In this document: positions 57,901-64,000 of the stretch, one piece after another
How positions within the stretch are numbered: position 1 is the stretch's first letter
Layout: each line of letters opens with the position of its first letter
NCBI GenBank assembly: GCA_049522975.1
Contig: JBEKNI010000012.1
Coordinates: 29,920 to 93,919 of the forward strand
Direction of reading: 5' to 3'
From: Terracidiphilus sp.
GTDB lineage: Bacteria > Acidobacteriota > Terriglobia > Terriglobales > Acidobacteriaceae
DNA length: 64,000 nt
Program-made: the position numbers and the translations under genes
Notes under the pieces: model-generated
Database searches by the model: none
What the model was told of the DNA's origin: nothing
Seen by the model: only the letters and a program-made list of their open reading frames with translations

Positions 57901-58809
57901 ATTGAATCCGGGGTAGATGTATCTGTCCGGAATCTGCGGCAGTTGCTCGTATTTCATGAACCAGTCTTCGGAGTTCAACTGCGAGGTGCGGGCGAACCCG
58001 TACACCGTCCCGTGGTACTCCGAGCTGCCCGACTTGCCGACCACCGTAATCACCGTCGGCCCCTTGGCCGAGTCCGCGCCAAAGTTCGATGTCTCGATCT
58101 TTACCTCGGCGACCATGTCCATGTTTACAGTTTGCGTCTGATCGCTTTCATTGCCCGGATCGGTTACGTTCGCGCCATCGGAAATCACGCTTGCCCCATT
58201 GCCTGGAGCGCCATTGCCAACATAGTTCGACAGGCCGTTTCCGCCTGTGCCCACCACCGATGGATCGGAGCCAATCCCGTTGTTCAGCCCGTTCTGCAGA
58301 ATCGCGAAGCCTGGCTGCGTCTTCAGCAACTCGCTCACATCCCGGCCTACCGTCGAAAGCCTCTTCATGTCCGCCGCGGTGATCAGCGTGCTGCGCTCGC
58401 TGGTATCGATGACCTCGTTTTCCGCCGTCACCGTCACCGATGCGCTCACGCTGCCCACCCTAAGGCTGATGATCGGCAGGGTGCGCGTATCGTTCGGATG
58501 GAGTTCGATGCCGCTCTCCGTGTAAACGCCGAAACCGACGCGTTCCACCCTCAGCGTATAGACCCCCGTGGGAACCGCGCTGAACTGGTATACGCCCTCG
58601 CTGTTGGTTTTCGTTTTACGAGTGTCCTTGGTTGCCTCGTTGACCAGCGTGACGATAGCCTCGGGCACCCGCGCGCCAAATGTATCGGCGACAATTCCGC
58701 CCAGCGACGCATTTACGGTTTGGCCTGCCGCCGGCCGAAGAAGCATGGTTGCGCCGAGCAATAGAATCACCACCTGGAGAAGAAGCGAACGCATTGAGAG
58801 TCTCATCAT
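54964..58809 (-). CDS. Oar-like TonB-dependent receptor, copy 2
   Basis: Signal peptide from MMRLSM (alternative start 58932 overlaps the upstream stop); paralogous motifs to copy 1; terminal ARFNF. Confidence 0.93.
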   Translation of the reverse strand: MMRLSMRSLLLQVVILLLGATMLLRPAAGQTVNASLGGIVADTFGARVPEAIVTLVNEATKDTRKTKTNSEGVYQFSAVPTGVYTLRVERVGFGVYTESGIELHPNDTRTLPIISLRVGSVSASVTVTAENEVIDTSERSTLITAADMKRLSTVGRDVSELLKTQPGFAILQNGLNNGIGSDPSVVGTGGNGLSNYVGNGAPGNGASVISDGANVTDPGNESDQTQTVNMDMVAEVKIETSNFGADSAKGPTVITVVGKSGSSEYHGTVYGFARTSQLNSEDWFMKYEQLPQIPDRYIYPGFNVGGPVKIPGSKFNSNKKVVFNVGGEDYVQRNVYSYGSPLNSLIAALVPTDQSTNVKFASGEPGMRQGNFSQAELANYLGKDEATITAHCTASDTTPDSLTQYYHVCAEPFTSDGTISTVGSTGGQFLNGAGSFDPGAAALLKAEMPLPTGPTVNGYNWRTLNLNNPGLFQVRARVDIAANDNNKVYGVYNTEYGRTTGVPEQIYYSPSGGNSYMGGIDTPGKITSSTTSNTASLNYSHIFSARATNEVSGSVSYVGQYFYSGDPSKLLKSTWNYPYNGIYTRTTACPYCGSDDIPQLADYGSDGLPLAITPDFSNGRYISKKFIPSAGDNFNFLLKSHSLKFGAYIERDTANQTDLSPETNGQIWNYYVPAGSFTDAAGTHYTAQCHFAGCGANYLADFMLGDVDSFTQQNFNPSTNIYYWTLSGFAQDSWKASKRLTVDLGVRLDHLGAWTDSHGQGIAVFSPKWYAEDAPTATTPVTNMPGVRRHGKGKGSDIYPLVLPSVPLSGDKTRIAFVSPRFGLAYDLFGTGKTVLRGGWGMYRSHDSWNDFAAAAGTSQGVITRQAGGSGISLAGVQNAPSGVYQANGNSISALDPSDDQQPLTMTYSFTISQRAPWSSAFEVAYVGNQSEYLLTDTASTTIPVDIQNVNTIPLGGLFQPDPNPQSSYYGQVFNSNNGAAQEDDYRPFPFYQWILVPRHITWANYNALQSSWNRQKGRLNYGFNYTWSKALGVRGAYNNGGTTDATNLRADYGPLAFDRTNVFNAQYSYDEGALFRRGRVLNGVINGWFLSGITNVQSGPNMQAVSSPNLGLGGFVGPPSAPTALSINNITLLGTPDMLVMPTLTCNPTAHLQKNQFVNGNCFGVAPYGQNGPANLGYIRGPHYFASDLTLQKRLLLAEKKNLEFRVSAFNFLNHPITSFNSRYGNEANLEMSGPDFSSVKLQHGSNNGASCSVVDSPCFGYAGFKTGRRVMEVSARFNF

Positions 58810-58928
58810 GATCGGCACCGGCCTTCCCTGAGTTTGCTTTTGCTGCTCTATCTCTGGCTCGCATACTGGATTCGGCACTGTAGCGAGCTTCCTTGTTCGT
58901 GCGCTGGGTGCAACTCCGCTGGCTGTCA

Positions 58929-61900
58929 TCATTGCACCGTCAGCGCGATCTGAGCCGTCTGCGTGACCGTGACGGACGTGGTCGCGCTGCTCGCGTAACT
59001 TCCATTGACAACCAGCGAGACGGTCTTTTGTCCCTTTGGCGTAACCCCGATCAGAGTATTGCCGCAGCCAGTCGCCGTCATTGCGCCAACGCCGCCGCAC
59101 AGCAGCAGGATCAAAAGCATCCATCCGCGATATTTCTTCCGCAGCCTGCGCCGCGCGAGTCCCAGGGGGGTAAGCAGCAGCAATGCCAGGAAAACAGGCA
59201 AGCTATTGCCTTTCCCCGGCATTCGCAACTCTCCAACTGGCGGCTGGGGGTGGTTTGGCACCTGATCCGAGAGAATTTCTACGGTTATCAACTGCGGATA
59301 GCCGCTGAACAGTTCTTGTCCCTCGCCTACCGGGTTGTTCCCATTCAAGCCTTCACTGCCCGCGGCAAAGGTGAAAGCGCAGGCGGAGTTGGCTGGCAAT
59401 CCCGAGCACGTCGCTACGATGCCGCCTTGAAAGCCGGCCACCGAAGTCACGGTAAACGTCAGGCTGCCCGGCGTTCCCGCCGTCACGGTCAGGTTGGCCG
59501 TGGAAGGCGTGATGGTGAATGTCTCCGGACTGACGATCAGCGTCGTGGCGCCAGACTGAGAAGCGGCGTAGTTCAGATCCCCGCCGTAGGATGCGACGAT
59601 GTTCAAAGTGCCCGCGGGCAGCGTGGTAGTGGTTAGCGCGGCGACATAGTTAAGTTGAGGAGGACTCCCCACCGAAACCGGAAGCACCGGCGCGCTGCCA
59701 AGCACCGTGGTACCACTTAGAAACGTAACGGTGCCGGTAGGGCCGGGCGTGAGAAAGGGAGATACTATGGCCGTCAGCGTGACGCTGCTTCCCGTCGCCG
59801 CGCTGAGCGGATTGGTTGCCACGCCGGTGATGGCCAGCGCGCTCGCGGTTGGCACTTGCGCCACCGTCAGCGTGGCCGCGGAGAGCGTGCTGCACGATTC
59901 ATAGTCGCTGTTGCCGCTGTAGGAGGCCGTAATTGCGTGGCTTCCTCCCGACAATCCGGTCAGCATAAACGTGGCGATTCCCGTCGCGGAGACGGAGGAC
60001 GATCCTTGCACCTGCCCATCGACGCTGAAGGTCACCGTCCCGGTCGGCGCTCCGAGCGAGAACCCGCCTGTTGCAGTCAGCGTAGCTGTCACCGTCACCG
60101 TCTGGCCGAAGACCGAGCTTCCGCTCGCGGGCGAAGTCACGGCAACCGAAAGCTGTGTGGGCAACAGGTTGGCTCCCTTGCCCGCCAGCACAAGCGTTGA
60201 AGTAGTGACAGCTGAACTGGAGAAGGTCAGCGTCTCCTGATTGGTTCCCGGCTTGGTTGGCGAGAAGACGGCGCTCACAGTGCAATCAAAACCCGGCCCC
60301 AGGGTTCCCGAGGATTCGCAGCCGCCCGATGACGGGCTGCTGACAGTAAAGCTGCTCGTATCTCCGGCCGAGGTATAAAGCGATGCCCCAAAGGTCAGCG
60401 TCTGATTTCCCGTATTCCCGATCGTCGCCGTCTCCGAACCGCTCGATTCTCCAAGATTAAAGAACCCGAACTGGAGGTATCCCTCCGTGCGCACGATCTG
60501 CTCAACCAGTTGGCCGGCGGCATCGGAGACATAGAGATCGCCATTGGAATCGATGGCCACTGCGTATGGGTTTGCAATCCCCGCGCCAACATTGATCGCG
60601 CCGGTGGAATCCAGCGTTCCGCTCTCGTTCGGGACGCGGATGACCCGCCCGTTTCCCGTATCCGCGATGTAGAGGCTGCCCGACGCGTCGATGGCAATTC
60701 CGCTGGCCGCGTTCAGGGTGGTGATGATCTGTTGCTGTGTTCCGCTCCAGGCCTGAACTTCATATGCGGTGTCCTGGTCGACGATGAAGGCATCGCCGGC
60801 CATATCGGTGGTCACGGCCAGAGGCGCGGTAAAGTTGGAGCCGACGGTTGCGGCTAACGCCGAATCCGGCATGCCTCCCGTGTTGGGCAGCCGCCAGACC
60901 TTCTTGTTGCCGCTATCCGCGATATACAGATTCCCGCCCGCATCGACGCTCAATCCTGCCGGCCCTGAGGTTCCCGAATACAGCACAACCTGGCTGGCAT
61001 TCGAAATGGTGCTGTTCACCACCGGCACTTCCACCACTCTGCCGTTGCCCGCGTCGGCGATGTAGACGTTGCCCGCCCCATCGACGGCCACGCTGGAGGG
61101 TCCTTTCAAACCGCTACCTATAGTAGCCAGCAGCGTTCCGGCTAGCGAGTATTCGTAAACCGCGGAGGCTGCGCTGTCGGCAACGTATACATTCAGCGCG
61201 TTGTCGATGGCGATGCCCTCCGGAGATTGCCATTTGCCAACGATTGGCGTAACCGTGCCCGGATCGACGCTCTGCGCCGCACCCAGCCCGGCTCCGTAAA
61301 GATATCCGGTCGCAATCGGGGCTCCCGTCGAATCAGCAAGAACCACCGCTCCCGATTGTGTCCCGGCGGCGCTGGGAGTATATGTCACGGTCACGCTGCA
61401 ACTCGATCCCTGGACCTGCGCGGTGCCCACGGCGCATGCTCCGGTTCCCCCGGCGGCAAGCGCAAAGGAACCGCCGGCGGGCAAGGCGGAGATGCTCGCG
61501 GGAGTGGCAGTGGCCGCGGCGTTGAAGGTGAAATTGAGAGTGAGCGCGGCGCTAGGTTTGCCCACCGCCAGCGAACCGAGGTTGGCGCTCCAGAGGTTCA
61601 TCTCGTCAATCGTTGTGGCGCCGTCCGTCGTGCCCCCCGGGGGGGGAATGTTGGGGTTGTAACTGCTGTAGTAGATGTTGCCCAGCTGATCCACCGACAC
61701 TCCATTGCCGGAGTAGAGATAGCCGAGGGTATACTGCTGCGCCGTATCCAGCGCGCCGTTCACATTCGGAATCTCGACCAGCCGGTCATAGCCCGTTGTC
61801 ACGCCCCCGGTGGTCACGCTTTGGTCGGTGATGATGAGATTCCCAAAAGCATCCACGCCCACGCCGGCAGGCGCAGTCACGCTGACATTCAGTATGGAAC

Positions 61901-62705
61901 TGGCTGGCGGCTTCGTGCCAGCCGCAACGCTAGAGCCGGCCGCGAAATAGTAGACGTTGACGCCGTTGGCATAATACACATTGCCTGTTGAATCGACCGC
62001 CATCTGGCCCTGGTACGCCCCGATCGTGCCGAATGGCAATTGGTCCGCGATCAGCACGACATCGTCTGGCTGATTGGTCTCGATCGAGTTAGCCGGAATC
62101 ATGAAAATCCGATGGTACCGGGAACCCGTATCGACATTGTCTTCGCCGTCCATAACATACAGATTGCCGCTGGCGTCTAAGCCAACCTCGTCCGGCTGCA
62201 TATAGTAGCCGGTAGCATTGCCGCCACTGCTACTGAGTGCAAGGCAATCGCCTGTGAGCGCGGCCGGATACGTCGGGCAGGAAGAAAGGCTGGATTCTAT
62301 CTGATTCGCTTGATAGCTCCCGCTGATGTAGGGAATCACGATGATCTCGCCAGGATAATAGTCTTTGGCCACATAAAGATTGTTGGAAGTGTCGACCGCC
62401 ATGCCTTTCAAGCTGTCCGCGGCGTAGTTGGCGGTGGTTGTATACGTAAGCAAGAGGATCGGAGTCGGATTGCCGGGCACGAGTTCGTAGACGTATCCCT
62501 CGTAGATTCCATTGGCGGGCTTCACATTCTGGTTCACACTATCCACGTAGAACAGATCGCCCAGGCTGTTCACCGCCATATGGTGGGTGTTGGTCAAAAG
62601 CGCGGGAACCAGCGTCTGGCTCGAGCTGACCACCACTGCCGGCGCCTGCGCGCTTGCAGCCGCGGCCCAGCAAAACAACAGAAAAACCGTCAGCGATAAA
62701 GCCAT
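58929..62705 (-). CDS. Large exported NHL-repeat/Ig-like surface protein B with C-terminal 2-TM plus lipobox-like tail
   Basis: Signal peptide MALSLTVFLLFCWAAAASA, NHL repeats, Ig domains; same architecture as protein A. Confidence 0.9.
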   Translation of the reverse strand: MALSLTVFLLFCWAAAASAQAPAVVVSSSQTLVPALLTNTHHMAVNSLGDLFYVDSVNQNVKPANGIYEGYVYELVPGNPTPILLLTYTTTANYAADSLKGMAVDTSNNLYVAKDYYPGEIIVIPYISGSYQANQIESSLSSCPTYPAALTGDCLALSSSGGNATGYYMQPDEVGLDASGNLYVMDGEDNVDTGSRYHRIFMIPANSIETNQPDDVVLIADQLPFGTIGAYQGQMAVDSTGNVYYANGVNVYYFAAGSSVAAGTKPPASSILNVSVTAPAGVGVDAFGNLIITDQSVTTGGVTTGYDRLVEIPNVNGALDTAQQYTLGYLYSGNGVSVDQLGNIYYSSYNPNIPPPGGTTDGATTIDEMNLWSANLGSLAVGKPSAALTLNFTFNAAATATPASISALPAGGSFALAAGGTGACAVGTAQVQGSSCSVTVTYTPSAAGTQSGAVVLADSTGAPIATGYLYGAGLGAAQSVDPGTVTPIVGKWQSPEGIAIDNALNVYVADSAASAVYEYSLAGTLLATIGSGLKGPSSVAVDGAGNVYIADAGNGRVVEVPVVNSTISNASQVVLYSGTSGPAGLSVDAGGNLYIADSGNKKVWRLPNTGGMPDSALAATVGSNFTAPLAVTTDMAGDAFIVDQDTAYEVQAWSGTQQQIITTLNAASGIAIDASGSLYIADTGNGRVIRVPNESGTLDSTGAINVGAGIANPYAVAIDSNGDLYVSDAAGQLVEQIVRTEGYLQFGFFNLGESSGSETATIGNTGNQTLTFGASLYTSAGDTSSFTVSSPSSGGCESSGTLGPGFDCTVSAVFSPTKPGTNQETLTFSSSAVTTSTLVLAGKGANLLPTQLSVAVTSPASGSSVFGQTVTVTATLTATGGFSLGAPTGTVTFSVDGQVQGSSSVSATGIATFMLTGLSGGSHAITASYSGNSDYESCSTLSAATLTVAQVPTASALAITGVATNPLSAATGSSVTLTAIVSPFLTPGPTGTVTFLSGTTVLGSAPVLPVSVGSPPQLNYVAALTTTTLPAGTLNIVASYGGDLNYAASQSGATTLIVSPETFTITPSTANLTVTAGTPGSLTFTVTSVAGFQGGIVATCSGLPANSACAFTFAAGSEGLNGNNPVGEGQELFSGYPQLITVEILSDQVPNHPQPPVGELRMPGKGNSLPVFLALLLLTPLGLARRRLRKKYRGWMLLILLLCGGVGAMTATGCGNTLIGVTPKGQKTVSLVVNGSYASSATTSVTVTQTAQIALTVQ

Positions 62706-62909
62706 TCCCCGCTTCCCGCCGCCCGGAAGCCCCATTCTGTCTGCACGAACGCCACAACCGCTATGCGCTCTTCCACCGCGTGTCCAGAAAACCTTGAATT
62801 CTCCCACGTCCTGCCTCCAAAAAATCGCCCTGTCTCTTCCCCTGCCATCGCATCTTCCGCGCCCCATCCATTTTAGATTCTGAGCGCAACATCTGCCAGC
62901 GACCGTACT

Positions 62910-62923
62910 TGTAAGCGTTTTCC
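62910..62923. promoter_or_regulatory. Candidate LacI-family operator TGTAAGCGTTTTCC
   Basis: 9/10 match to TGNAANCGNTTNCA, just downstream of the predicted TSS. Confidence 0.55.
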
Positions 62924-62934
62924 TAGCAACAGAA

Positions 62935-62964
62935 ATGATAGGACGGCTGAAATGTCGTTGTCAA
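62935..62964 (-). promoter_or_regulatory. Sigma70-type promoter TTGACA-N18-TATCAT
   Basis: 6/6 and 5/6 matches upstream of protein B. Confidence 0.65.
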
Positions 62965-63185
62965 TCCAAAACCATCCGGAAAGCACACTTGCGGCCGGGG
63001 TTCCCCGAAATCCTCCGGCCTTCCTGCTTGGTCTTCGTTGATCTGAAGACCGTTCAGCCTGCCAGGCCTGAAATAAACAGATTGCGGGAGATCTTTGCGG
63101 CCATGCCTCCCGTGGCCGTCCAAGCCCTCGCCGCAATCCGTTGAAGAAAATCTCCTTGCTGGGGACCTTTTCTTTGCCACCAATA

Positions 63186-63221
63186 CAAGGGGGCCTCTCC
63201 ATCTGTGGAGAGGCCCCCTTG
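63186..63221 (-). terminator. 16-bp perfect hairpin downstream of protein C
   Basis: CAAGGGGGCCTCTCCA-tctg-TGGAGAGGCCCCCTTG; weak U-tract. Confidence 0.6.
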
Positions 63222-63243
63222 GTTTCGTGAGGGTTTGTGAGTC

Positions 63244-64000
63244 CTATTTGTGCACAGTCAGTGTGAAGTCGGCTGACTTTACCAGCGAAGGCGTGGTGGA
63301 CGTGGCGGTTACCTTCACCGTCGTTGTACTGAAGGTCGGCGACCACTGCGCGCCGCAGCCGGTGAACAGACCCAGGCCGATCGCGCTGATTGCCAGCACA
63401 AGCAGCATCTGCAAGCGGCGGCGCTTCTTGAAGCCCAGGAAGCAGCACAGAGCTGCCGCCAGCGTCGCCCCTGGAACCAGCGGGTTGGAGTTGGAGCGGG
63501 CCACAATCGAGTTTGCCGTCGTAGCGATCGTGACCGACGCTGAAATGGGCTGTGACCCAGTAGGCGTGATGGTTACCGCGGGGCACGTTGCGCCGTCAGG
63601 CAATCCCGAGCAGGTAAAGGTGATACTCGACGGGAAAGTGGGATCTGGCGCGATCGTTGCCGTCACCGTGCCGCTTTGTCCGGCTGTGATATCGAGCGAT
63701 GTCGGAGTGATCCTAAACGTGAAGTTCGGTGGGATTGAGCTGATGACGTAGGTGGCCGTTGCGACCGTGCTTGCAGTGTAACCCGCCTCCACGGCAATGG
63801 CCTTGACGTTATAGGTTCCGGGGTTGGCTAACGCAATGGCGCCCGTGTACTTGCTTGAGCCGGTTGTCGGCGTCGAGCCGTCTTTGGTGTAGTAGATCGT
63901 CGCTCCCGCCGTGGTCGTGCTGAGAGCTACAGTGGTTGCCGTCCCATAATACGTGCCGCCCGGGATGCTGAACGTGGGTGTGGCAACCGTGCCGAGAGAA
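63244..64000 (-). CDS. C-terminal part of exported surface protein C (CHB_HEX_C/Fn3-associated and Ig domains, same tail); 5' end outside the window
   Basis: Open frame runs to the window edge: VATPTFSIPGGTY..ATIYYTKDGSTPT, then a CSGLP Ig domain and 2-TM-FTGC tail. Confidence 0.9.
   Translation of the reverse strand, partial: SLGTVATPTFSIPGGTYYGTATTVALSTTTAGATIYYTKDGSTPTTGSSKYTGAIALANPGTYNVKAIAVEAGYTASTVATATYVISSIPPNFTFRITPTSLDITAGQSGTVTATIAPDPTFPSSITFTCSGLPDGATCPAVTITPTGSQPISASVTIATTANSIVARSNSNPLVPGATLAAALCCFLGFKKRRRLQMLLVLAISAIGLGLFTGCGAQWSPTFSTTTVKVTATSTTPSLVKSADFTLTVHK

Noticed and set aside
56740-58764. Long antisense or alternate-frame ORFs (e.g. 56740..58764 +, 30034..31458 -, 3427..4737 +, 8253..9440 +)
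   Set aside because: Shadow frames of well-supported genes in high-GC DNA; Arg/Ala/Gly-rich with no family motifs
58810-59124. N-terminal 105 aa of the 1386-aa receptor ORF as called by the ORF track
   Set aside because: The first 64 codons overlap the protein B coding end; the signal peptide begins at MMRLSM (58809); 58932 remains a possible coupled start
1-64000. tRNA, rRNA or classical riboswitch genes
   Set aside because: No cloverleaf, rRNA-like stretch or recognisable aptamer core seen by eye; an Infernal/Rfam scan would be needed to exclude them fully

Overview
GC-rich bacterial chromosome segment. Gene content and style point to Acidobacteriota (Acidobacteriaceae-like), which is an inference from the proteins and repeat families. 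Housekeeping genes: ubiX, purB, tadA, icd, mdh, fused lptFG, copZ/copA. Pathway clusters: an arginine-to-putrescine operon (pdaD-aguB-orf-aguA) coupled to tadA, and a glucomannan/cellobiose locus (SSS transporter, GH9, GH94 cellobiose phosphorylase, cellobiose 2-epimerase, GH130 mannosylglucose phosphorylase). The right end holds an 18-kb block of two Oar-like TonB-dependent barrels and three large NHL/Ig-repeat exported proteins. Intergenic DNA carries several REP/MITE families, an IS200-type Y1 transposase flanked by inverted REP doublets, and TA modules. No rRNA, tRNA or CRISPR array was found. The most interesting signals are four: (1) a Met/Cys-rich leader peptide with terminator/antiterminator at the left edge; (2) a 93-bp second copy of the GH94 3' end that differs only at 18 synonymous third positions; (3) three surface proteins sharing a C-terminal two-TM plus internal lipobox tail that appears to split their last Ig domain; (4) two single-gene cassettes bounded by the same inverted repeat. 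All alignments were made by eye and no database searches were run.
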